From Dehalococcoidia bacterium (GTDB lineage Bacteria > Chloroflexota > Dehalococcoidia > Lucifugimonadales > Australimonadaceae): a stretch of 64,000 bases of DNA. A program made the position numbers and the translations under genes. This document shows positions 50,664-58,763 of this stretch, one piece after another. Position 1 is the stretch's first letter. Each line of letters opens with the position of its first letter. The stretch is taken from positions 212,040-276,039 of the forward strand of contig DAOUJO010000007.1 of the NCBI GenBank assembly GCA_034422595.1, in the 5' to 3' direction. The notes below the pieces were generated by a model. The model saw only the letters and a program-made list of their open reading frames with translations. It searched no databases and was not told the origin of the DNA.

Positions 50664-51437
50664 ATGGCGATACTTGAAGTCAGGAACGTCAACAAGAGTT
50701 TCGGCGGGAACCTCGTGCTCGAGGACGTGAGCATGAACGCCGAACTCGGCCAGGTGACGAGCCTCATCGGACCGAACGGCGCGGGCAAGTCCACGCTGCT
50801 CAACATCATCTCCGGGTTCCTCAAGGCGGACTCCGGCAGCGTCGTGATGGACGGGCACGAGATCATCGGCTCCCCGCCGTTCAAGTGCTTCAAGGCCGGC
50901 ATCGCGCGCACCTTCCAGGACTCGCAGGTGCTCTTCTACATGAACGGGCTGGACAACGTCGTCGTCTCGTCGCCGGGCCAGAAGGGCGAACTGGAGTACA
51001 ACGCGCTCCTGCGTCCGGTGATGGTCGCCGCGGAGGAGAGCGAGCGCCGCGCCGAGGCGATGGGGCACCTGACCGACCTGAACATCCAGTCCAAGGCTAC
51101 GAGCCTGTCGCAGGCGCTCTCCTATGGCCAGCAGAAGCTTCTCGAGTTCGCACGGATGCTGAACTCGCGCGCGCAGGTGTTCCTGCTGGACGAACCGATG
51201 GCCGGCATCCACCCGGACCTCATCGCGGGACTGAGTGCGATGATCCGCTCCGCCGCGGTGGACCACGGCAAGGCCGTCATCCTCGTCGAGCACAACCTGA
51301 AGGTCGTCATGGACGTGTCGGACTACGTCGTGGTGGTGCGCGGGGAGGTCGTCGTGGAGGGCCCGCCGTCCGAAGTCGAGAACGACGAACGCCTCACGAG
51401 CGCGTTCCTGGGATTCGTGTCGAATGCCGCTACTTGA
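50664..51437 (+). CDS. livG: ABC transporter ATP-binding protein (LivG family)
   Basis: Walker A GPNGAGKST, signature LSYGQQKLLEFAR, and Walker B FLLDEP. Confidence 0.85.
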   Translation: MAILEVRNVNKSFGGNLVLEDVSMNAELGQVTSLIGPNGAGKSTLLNIISGFLKADSGSVVMDGHEIIGSPPFKCFKAGIARTFQDSQVLFYMNGLDNVVVSSPGQKGELEYNALLRPVMVAAEESERRAEAMGHLTDLNIQSKATSLSQALSYGQQKLLEFARMLNSRAQVFLLDEPMAGIHPDLIAGLSAMIRSAAVDHGKAVILVEHNLKVVMDVSDYVVVVRGEVVVEGPPSEVENDERLTSAFLGFVSNAAT

Positions 51438-52134
51438 GACTACCGACCTGCTCGTCTCCTACGGCCCGAAGCAGATCCTGAACGGGGTCAGCATGGGCGT
51501 GGAGGCCGGGAAGGTAACGACCATCGTCGGCCACAACGGCGCGGGCAAGTCCACGCTCATCAAGGGCGTCTACGGCATCGCGCGGGTCACGGGCGGCTCC
51601 GTCACGTTCGACGGCCACGACATCACGAACCACGCGCCGTACGACAACATCAAGGACGGCATCGGCTACCTTGCGCAGGGCGGACAGGTCTTCGCCGACC
51701 TCCCGGTGGAGGACAACCTGAAGCTCGGCGGCTACGCGCTGCCGAACGAAGTCGTCCCCGAGCGCCTCGAGCAGGCGTACCAGATGTTTCCCATCCTCGA
51801 CCGGCGCCGCCGCTCCGACGCCGACACGCTCTCCGGCGGCGAGCGGCAGATGCTCGCGATCGCCATGACGCTGATGCTCAAGCCGAAGCTGATGCTCATG
51901 GACGAGCCGTCCGGCGCTCTCGCGGGCCCGATCCTTGAGCAGATATCAGCCATCATCCGCAACCTCGTGGAGGAGGTCGGCATCGGCATCCTGCTTGTGG
52001 AGCAGAACGTGGAGCTGGGCATCCGGGTCGCGGACAACGTCCACGTTGTGGAGGCGGGCAAGGTCATCTTCAGCGGCACGCCGGACGACCTGAGCGACCC
52101 CGAGGCCCGCAGACGACTGCTCGGTCTGGCGTAA
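51424..52134 (+). CDS. livF: ABC transporter ATP-binding protein (LivF family)
   Basis: Walker A GHNGAGKST, signature LSGGERQMLAIA, and Walker B LMLMDEPS. It overlaps livG by 14 nt. Confidence 0.85.
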   Translation: MPLLETTDLLVSYGPKQILNGVSMGVEAGKVTTIVGHNGAGKSTLIKGVYGIARVTGGSVTFDGHDITNHAPYDNIKDGIGYLAQGGQVFADLPVEDNLKLGGYALPNEVVPERLEQAYQMFPILDRRRRSDADTLSGGERQMLAIAMTLMLKPKLMLMDEPSGALAGPILEQISAIIRNLVEEVGIGILLVEQNVELGIRVADNVHVVEAGKVIFSGTPDDLSDPEARRRLLGLA

Positions 52135-52171
52135 GCGGCCGTAACCACCTGCCCCGCGCGTCGGTTGCTGG

Positions 52172-52177
52172 TAGTAT
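52172..52177 (+). promoter_or_regulatory. Candidate -10 box TAGTAT 7 nt before the hyuB2 ATG (leaderless-type promoter)
   Basis: TTGCTGGTAGTATCCGGCACATG. There is no RBS between the box and the ATG. A homologous block occurs before hyuB3. Confidence 0.4.
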
Positions 52178-52184
52178 CCGGCAC

Positions 52185-53885
52185 ATGGCCACCACCGACG
52201 TCATCACCCAGGAAGTTATCCGCGCCAGGCTGGACGGCATCGTCCGCGAGATGCAGGCCGCCGTGCTCCGCACCGGCTTCTCCACCATCATCCGCGAGTC
52301 CCACGACTTTTCCGCCGGCATCACGGACATCTCCGGCGCTGTTGTCGGCCAGTACTCTCCCCTGCCCACGCACCTCGGCGCGTACCCGGACTGCGTGCAG
52401 GGCGTCCTCGATTTCTACCCCCTCGACGAGATGGAGGAGGGCGACTGCTACCTGGCCAACCACCCCTACTACTCCGGTTGCCCCCACCCGAACGACATGG
52501 TCGTGGTGCTGCCGGTGTTCCACGAGGGCGAGGTCATCGCCTTCTGCGCCAGCATGGGGCACAAGGCCGACATCGGCGGGCAGTCGCCCGGCTCGCGGAA
52601 CACCATCGCGCGGGACGTGTTCGGCGACGGCCTGCAGATCATGCCCGTGCTCTTCCAGCGCGGCGGCGAGATGAACAAGGAGGTCGCGCAGTTCCTGCGG
52701 GCGAACAGCCGGACGCCAGAGCTGGTCATCGGCGACCTCGGCGCGCAGGCAGGCGCGCTGCGGAGCATCGGCGCGGCGCGGTTGAAGACGCTCGCGAACG
52801 AGTACGGAGGAGAGACGCTCACCGCCGCGTTCGGCGACATCATCGAGCGCGTCGAGGCGCGCGTCCGAGGTCACTTCGCCGAGTGGGCCGACGGCATCGC
52901 CGAGGCGGAAGCGCTCGTCGACGACATCGTCGACCCATCGACGACGATCCGGCTGCACGTCGCGGCCATCAAGCAGGGTAACCGGCTCACGCTCGACTTC
53001 TCCGGCTCCGGCGACCAGAGCGCCGGGCCCATCAACGTGCGACCACCCTTCATACGCGGGATGGCCTACTTCGCCGCCATCGCCATGATGGACCCGAGCG
53101 TCCCCAACAACGGCGGGCTCGCGCGGGCGGTCGAGTGCCGCTTTCGTGAGGGGAGCGTCATGGACCCGCGCTTCCCCGGCCCGGTGGGGTTCTACTCGAC
53201 GACGATGGCCGCGATAGAGGACGTGGTATTCGAAGCGATGAGCAAGGTCGCCGGACGCCCCGCCGTCGCACACAACGCCGCTTCCTCGATGGTCGTGCTC
53301 GGCACGTCCGGCGAGGGGCGCGCCCGCTACGTGCAGTACGAGCTGCTCCGCTCCGGCAACGGCGCGCACACCGGCGGCGACGGTTACACCGGCACCGGTC
53401 ATTCGTGGGCGGGCGGCGCGAAGCTGACGAGCGTGGAGATACTCGAGTCCGAGTTCGACGTGGAGCTGCAGCGGTTCGCCCTCATCCCTGACTCCGGCGG
53501 GCCGGGAGCGAACCGGGGCGGGCACGGCATGCGGCGGGAGTACAAGGTGCTCAAGGAGAGTAAGTACTCCGGCGGCACCGCGCGCCAGAACGACCCTCCC
53601 CACGGCGTGGAGGGCGGACTGCCTGGACGCCCCGGCGTCATCACCATCAACCCGGATACTGAGGACGCCGTCGAGTACCGCGGACTCGTCTCCAACCTGC
53701 TGCTCAACGAGGGCGACGTTATCCGCATCGACACCGGCAGTTCAGGCGGCGCCGGCGACCCCAAGGAACGCGACCCCGCGCTCGCGGCGTCGGACCTGCG
53801 CAACGGCTACGTCACGCCGGAGCAGTCCGCGAGTGTCTACGGCCTCGACGCGGCGTCCATCGAGCAGGCGCTATCGTTGGAGTAA
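52185..53885 (+). CDS. hyuB: Hydantoinase B/oxoprolinase family protein (paralogue 2)
   Basis: 566 aa. The N-terminus MATTDVITQEVIRARLDGIVREMQAAVLRTGFSTIIRESHDFSAGITD is almost identical to paralogues 1 and 3. Confidence 0.85.
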   Translation: MATTDVITQEVIRARLDGIVREMQAAVLRTGFSTIIRESHDFSAGITDISGAVVGQYSPLPTHLGAYPDCVQGVLDFYPLDEMEEGDCYLANHPYYSGCPHPNDMVVVLPVFHEGEVIAFCASMGHKADIGGQSPGSRNTIARDVFGDGLQIMPVLFQRGGEMNKEVAQFLRANSRTPELVIGDLGAQAGALRSIGAARLKTLANEYGGETLTAAFGDIIERVEARVRGHFAEWADGIAEAEALVDDIVDPSTTIRLHVAAIKQGNRLTLDFSGSGDQSAGPINVRPPFIRGMAYFAAIAMMDPSVPNNGGLARAVECRFREGSVMDPRFPGPVGFYSTTMAAIEDVVFEAMSKVAGRPAVAHNAASSMVVLGTSGEGRARYVQYELLRSGNGAHTGGDGYTGTGHSWAGGAKLTSVEILESEFDVELQRFALIPDSGGPGANRGGHGMRREYKVLKESKYSGGTARQNDPPHGVEGGLPGRPGVITINPDTEDAVEYRGLVSNLLLNEGDVIRIDTGSSGGAGDPKERDPALAASDLRNGYVTPEQSASVYGLDAASIEQALSLE

Positions 53886-53936
53886 GCTGAAGCCTGAGCA
53901 TCCGACAAGGAACGCTCCGCAAGAGGAGGAACGGCG

Positions 53937-55181
53937 ATGCTTTCGCAGCAGGACAACGAACGGTACACGCGCGTCGGCAAGGGCACGCCGATGGGCGAGC
54001 TGATGCGCCGCTACTGGCACCCCATCGCCGGAACGTCCCAGATGATGGGCGAAGACCCCACGATGGCAGTCCGGCTCCTCGGCGAGGACCTCGTTCTCTA
54101 CCGGACGCCGGACAACGAGTTCGGCCTCATCGAGCAGCGCTGCGCCCATCGCGGCGTCGACATGCTCTACGGCATCCCGGAGAAGGAGGGCATCCGCTGC
54201 TGCTACCACGGCTGGCTGTACGACTTCAACGGCCAGTGCCTGGAGCAGCCCTCCGAGCCGACGGGCAGCACGTACAAGGAGAAGATCAGGCTGACCGCCT
54301 ACCCGGTGCAGGAGCTGCACGGGCTCATCTGGGCGTACCTCGGACCGGAGCCCGCGCCCCTGCTCCCCCGATGGGACGTCTTCGCGTGGGAGGAGGACGT
54401 CACCCGGCGCATCCAGGCGACCACGCTCCCCTGCAACTGGCTGCAGTGCGTCGACAATGCGCTCGACCCGGCGCACTTCGAGCACCTGCACGGCTACTAC
54501 GGCACCTGGATCAACGCGCAGAAGGGACAGGGCGAGGAGTGGACGAACCGCCTGCCGCAACGGGCGAAGCACCACCTGAAACTGGGGTTCGAGCGGTTCG
54601 AGCACGGCGTCATCAAGCGACGGGTCACCGCAGGCATCGACGAAACGCACCCCGACTGGCAGACCGGCCACCCGATCGTCTTCCCGTATACGCTGAAGAT
54701 CGGCGGTCTGGAAGGCGCGCATCGATTCCTGCTCCGCGTCCCCATCGACGACGAGCACACGTGGTACGTGCGCTACACGACGACCGTGCATCCAGCCGGC
54801 GCCAACGTGCCGGTGCAGGCGTTCGGCTCCATCCCGGTCGAGGGGCAGCCGCTCTACGACGAGAAGGGGCGACTGGTCAGCACGGACGTGCCGGGGCAGG
54901 ACCAGATGACGTGGGTCGCGCAGGGCCCCATCGTGGACCGGACGCGCGAGAACCTCGGGGTGACCGACGCGGGCATCATCCTCTACCGGAAGGTGATGGA
55001 GGAGAACCTCCGCATCGTCGAGGATGGCGGCGACCCGATGAACACGTTCCGCGACCCCGCGCAGAACGAGTGCATCCTGCTGCCGAACGAGGCAGCCCCG
55101 TTCCCCGGCTTCGACGAGCCGGGTGGGCCGTGGTACGGCGTCATGCCGCGCAAGCCGGACGTGGAGGTATCGCTCCTCTGA
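53937..55181 (+). CDS. Rieske [2Fe-2S] oxygenase alpha subunit (paralogue 3)
   Basis: Rieske motif CAHRGVDMLYGIPEKEGIRCCYHGWLY. N-terminal GTPMGELMRRYWHP. GAGGAGGA RBS. Confidence 0.85.
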   Translation: MLSQQDNERYTRVGKGTPMGELMRRYWHPIAGTSQMMGEDPTMAVRLLGEDLVLYRTPDNEFGLIEQRCAHRGVDMLYGIPEKEGIRCCYHGWLYDFNGQCLEQPSEPTGSTYKEKIRLTAYPVQELHGLIWAYLGPEPAPLLPRWDVFAWEEDVTRRIQATTLPCNWLQCVDNALDPAHFEHLHGYYGTWINAQKGQGEEWTNRLPQRAKHHLKLGFERFEHGVIKRRVTAGIDETHPDWQTGHPIVFPYTLKIGGLEGAHRFLLRVPIDDEHTWYVRYTTTVHPAGANVPVQAFGSIPVEGQPLYDEKGRLVSTDVPGQDQMTWVAQGPIVDRTRENLGVTDAGIILYRKVMEENLRIVEDGGDPMNTFRDPAQNECILLPNEAAPFPGFDEPGGPWYGVMPRKPDVEVSLL

Positions 55182-55187
55182 CCTCCG

Positions 55188-56018
55188 TCAGCCGGGGCCG
55201 CGCGCGAGCTGCCTCCAGGCGGCGGGCGCCGACGAGCGTTGGAGATTTTCCTCGACGCTGAGGGCCGTGTCCCAGTCGTTGGCGATGACGCGCATGCCGT
55301 TGAAGCCGTCCGACTCCCCGGACGCGAGCCAGACGGCGGGCGGGCCCATGACCTCCGGCTGCACGAGCGCGGAGAAGTCGCGGCTGGGGTCGCGGTCGAC
55401 GAACATGGTGTTCGTGCCGCCGCCGGGGAGCAGCGCGTTCGTCGTTACCCCGGTGCCTTCCAATTCAGGCGCCATCGCCGACACCATCGCCTCGTGGGTC
55501 GCCTTGCTCGGGCCGTAGGGGATGTTGCGCGTCATGGTGTCGAGGCTGGTCGTGACGCCGATGACGCGGCCCCAGCCACGCTCAAGCATGCCCGGCACCG
55601 CCGCGCGCGCCATCAGGAACGGGCCGGTCGAGTTGACCGCGATCATCCGCTCCCAGACCTCCACCGGCTGCTCCCAGAAGTGGAGCGGTCTGTCCGACGG
55701 CGGGAGGAGCGAGCGATGGTGTACCCCGGCCAGGTTCACGAGGACGTCCAGGCTCCCGTGCGTATCGACCGTGCTCTGCACGACGCGCTGCGCCTCGTCC
55801 CACCGGCTGGTGTCGGCCACGAGCGTGGAGACCGCAGCGTCGCCTGCTATCTCGCGGGCCTCGTTCGCGGTCTGCTGGAGCCAATCGGCCTTGATGTCCA
55901 GCATCGCAACCCGTGCCCCGGCGCGGAGCATCGCGAGCGCAATCACCCGCCCCATGCCGATGGGGCTGCCCGCGCCCGTCACGAGCGCCACCTTCCCGTC
56001 GAGCCTTACGTCAGCCAT
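55188..56018 (-). CDS. Short-chain dehydrogenase/reductase (SDR)
   Basis: VALVTGAGSPIGMG cofactor motif and YGPSK catalytic motif. Confidence 0.85.
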   Translation of the reverse strand: MADVRLDGKVALVTGAGSPIGMGRVIALAMLRAGARVAMLDIKADWLQQTANEAREIAGDAAVSTLVADTSRWDEAQRVVQSTVDTHGSLDVLVNLAGVHHRSLLPPSDRPLHFWEQPVEVWERMIAVNSTGPFLMARAAVPGMLERGWGRVIGVTTSLDTMTRNIPYGPSKATHEAMVSAMAPELEGTGVTTNALLPGGGTNTMFVDRDPSRDFSALVQPEVMGPPAVWLASGESDGFNGMRVIANDWDTALSVEENLQRSSAPAAWRQLARGPG

Positions 56019-56056
56019 GAGCGCGCCCTCCTTGTCCGCGACTGGAACCCTGATGA

Positions 56057-56620
56057 TTACCCTGCGGACAGCACGCCGCAGGCGACGCGCCCCCCTGCCC
56101 CACCGATGGGCTGCGTAATGTGGTCGTCGCGGTTCTCGTGGACGACGATAGCCGAGCCGTCGTCGTCCATGAGCATGTCCGCGTCCACGAGCGTCGTGAA
56201 CATCTCCGCCTGCGCCGTCCCGTCCGCGGCGACGTAGATGTTCGGCAGATCGCCGTTATCCGGTCCCTCGGGATTGAGCAGCCCGTGCTGCTTGTCGTGC
56301 ACGTTGATGTGCCCACCGGACGCCTTGAAGTCCGGGCTGCACGAACCGATCGTGTGGATGTGGATGCCGTGGAAACCCGGTTCGAGCCCTTCCAGCATGA
56401 CTGTCACCAGGAAGCCGCGCGTCGGCGACTGCTCCATGACGACCGTGCCGATGGCGTCGCCGTCCACGTTCTGCATCCGAGCGGTCAGGCGCGCGTCGCC
56501 CCCGCTGCTCTCCGATCCCACGGAAACCGAGAGATTGCACGCGGCAGACGCGAGCGCGATAAGCGATATAATCAGAACGATCCCTGTCGTTACGGATACC
56601 AAGCGGTTTCTGGGCCCCAT
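56057..56620 (-). CDS. sodC: Cu/Zn superoxide dismutase-family protein with an N-terminal membrane anchor/signal
   Basis: GFHGIHIHTIGSC copper-site motif and C-terminal GGAGGRVACGVL. Hydrophobic N-terminus IVLIISLIALASAAC. Confidence 0.8.
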   Translation of the reverse strand: MGPRNRLVSVTTGIVLIISLIALASAACNLSVSVGSESSGGDARLTARMQNVDGDAIGTVVMEQSPTRGFLVTVMLEGLEPGFHGIHIHTIGSCSPDFKASGGHINVHDKQHGLLNPEGPDNGDLPNIYVAADGTAQAEMFTTLVDADMLMDDDGSAIVVHENRDDHITQPIGGAGGRVACGVLSAG

Positions 56621-56682
56621 GCGTACTCCTAAGTAATGACGATGCTCAAAGCATAACAGCGCATCTGAATCCCCGTGAAAAA

Positions 56683-56807
56683 CCGCTCATCTGCGCTCAT
56701 TCCGCGCTCATCCACCTCTGTTTCCGCGCCCTGCTCAACCTCCCCAAATCGCGCGAAACCGCTCATTACCGCCTCATTCCCGCGCGAAACCGCCGATAGC
56801 CGCTCAC
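56683..56807 (-). repeat. Second, inverted copy of the phased ATGAGCGG-motif array
   Basis: CTCA cores at 56686, 56696, 56707, 56734, 56762, 56773 and 56803 on the + strand. The 11-mer ATCCACCTCTG at 56710..56720 is the reverse complement of CAGAGGTGGAT at 31989. Confidence 0.65.
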
Positions 56808-57046
56808 GCTATTGCACTCCTGTGACCACAACCTGCGGCGCGGCGTTCCGCCGGACAACCGCCGTAGCTGCAACATTCTGTAACACTTCGCAACATCCCT
56901 CTCCCGCGACCCGGCCCCGCGCCCGGGCAGCCCCACGCCGACGCCACGCCGCCGAAGACAGCGTACGCGGCCAGGGCGCGACCGCGAAAGAGGCGCGTGT
57001 CACCGATCGCAGCAAAGGGAGGGATGTGGAAGTGCGGCGATTGCGG

Positions 57047-57052
57047 TAGCAT
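57047..57052 (+). promoter_or_regulatory. Candidate -10 box TAGCAT 7 nt before the hyuB3 ATG (leaderless-type promoter)
   Basis: TTGCGGTAGCATCCGGCGCATG. It is homologous to the block before hyuB2. Confidence 0.35.
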
Positions 57053-57059
57053 CCGGCGC

Positions 57060-58763
57060 ATGAGCACAGCAGACGTCATCACCCAGGAAGTCATCCGCGC
57101 CCGGTTGGACGGCATCGTGCGCGAGATGCAGGCCGCCGTGCTCCGCACCGGCTTCTCCACCATCATCCGCGAATCGCACGACTTCTCCGCCGGCATCACC
57201 GACCGCGACGGCAACGTCGTCGGCCAGTACTCACCGCTCCCTCCGCACCTCGGCGCGTACCCGGAGTGCGTCAAGGGCGTCCTCCAGTTCTACTCGTTCG
57301 AGGAGATGGAGGAGGGCGACTGCTTCCTCATCAACCACCCGTACTACTCCGGTTGCCCGCACCCCAACGACATGGTCGTCGTGCTGCCGGTCTTCCACGG
57401 GGGGCGCGTCGTCGCGTTCTGCGCCAGCATGGGGCACAAGAGCGACATCGGCGGGCAGTCGCCCGGAAGCCGGAACACCCTAGCGCGGGACGTATTCGGC
57501 GAGGGGCTGCAGATCATGCCGGTCAAGTTCCTCAGCAGGCGCGAACCGCTGTACGAGACGCACCAGATGCTGCGCGCGAACAGCCGCACGCCCGAGCTCG
57601 TCATCGGCGACCTCGGCGCGCAGGCGGGGGCGCTGTGGAGCATCGGCTCGACGCGGCTGAAGAACCTCATGGACGAGTATGGCCAGGAGACCGTGGTCGA
57701 CGCGTTCGAGCAGATCGGCCTCCGCACGGAGGCCCGCGTCCGCCAGGAGATACGGCAGTGGCCGGACGGCGTCTACGAGGCAGAGGCGTTCACCGACGAC
57801 ATCGTCGACCCCAACCGCAAGCTGCGCCTGCACGTCTCCGCTATCAAGCAGGGCGACTCGCTCACCCTCGACTTCTCCGGAACCGACGACCAGAGCCCCG
57901 GCCCCATCAACGTGCGCCCCCCGTTCATCCACGGCATGGCCTACTACGCCGTCATCGCGATGATCGACCCTGGCGTGCCGAACAACTTCGGGCTCGCGCG
58001 GGCGGTCGAGTGCCGCTTCCGCGAGGGGACGGTGCTGAACCCGACGTTCCCGACGCCGGTGGGCTTCTACTCGATGACGCTCTCCACCGTCGAGGACATC
58101 ATCTTCGAGGCGCTGAGCCAGGCCGCGGGACGCCCCGCCGTCGCGCACAACGCCAGCAGCGGCATGGTGGTCATGGGCACGGTCGGCGGCGGACGGCGCT
58201 ACGTGCAGTACGAGCTGATGATGTCCGGCAACGGCGCACACCACGGCGGCGACGGCTGGACCGGCACCGGCCACTCCTGGGGAGGCGGCAGCAAGATCAC
58301 GAGCGCGGAGATCCTCGAGTCCGAGTTCGACGTCGAGATGCAGCGCTTCGAACTCGTGCGGGACACCGGCGGGCCGGGCGAATACCGGGGCGGGCTCGCG
58401 ATGCGGCGCGAGTACCTCGTCAAGCAGCCGAGCCGCTACGCCGGAGGCAGCCCGCGCAACCTCGCACCCGCGCACGGCGTCGTGGGCGGCATGGACGGCG
58501 TCGGCGGCGCAGTGACGGTCAACCCCGGCGCGGACGACGAGCGGCGCTACGTCGGCATCATCTCGAACGTCATGGTCGAGCAGGGCGACGTCGTGCGCGT
58601 CGAGACCGGCAGCGCGGGCGGCGCGGGCGATCCCGTCGAGCGCGATCGCGAGCGTGTCGTGAGCGACCTGCGCAACGGCTACATCAGCACGGAGGCCGCC
58701 GTCCGGATCTACGGACTGGACGAGGAGGCCATCAGCGAGGCCCTCGCGGTTCAGGCGGAATGA
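57060..58763 (+). CDS. hyuB: Hydantoinase B/oxoprolinase family protein (paralogue 3)
   Basis: ATG 57060 was chosen by alignment with the paralogues (MSTADVITQEVIRARLDGIVREMQ...). 567 aa. Confidence 0.85.
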   Translation: MSTADVITQEVIRARLDGIVREMQAAVLRTGFSTIIRESHDFSAGITDRDGNVVGQYSPLPPHLGAYPECVKGVLQFYSFEEMEEGDCFLINHPYYSGCPHPNDMVVVLPVFHGGRVVAFCASMGHKSDIGGQSPGSRNTLARDVFGEGLQIMPVKFLSRREPLYETHQMLRANSRTPELVIGDLGAQAGALWSIGSTRLKNLMDEYGQETVVDAFEQIGLRTEARVRQEIRQWPDGVYEAEAFTDDIVDPNRKLRLHVSAIKQGDSLTLDFSGTDDQSPGPINVRPPFIHGMAYYAVIAMIDPGVPNNFGLARAVECRFREGTVLNPTFPTPVGFYSMTLSTVEDIIFEALSQAAGRPAVAHNASSGMVVMGTVGGGRRYVQYELMMSGNGAHHGGDGWTGTGHSWGGGSKITSAEILESEFDVEMQRFELVRDTGGPGEYRGGLAMRREYLVKQPSRYAGGSPRNLAPAHGVVGGMDGVGGAVTVNPGADDERRYVGIISNVMVEQGDVVRVETGSAGGAGDPVERDRERVVSDLRNGYISTEAAVRIYGLDEEAISEALAVQAE

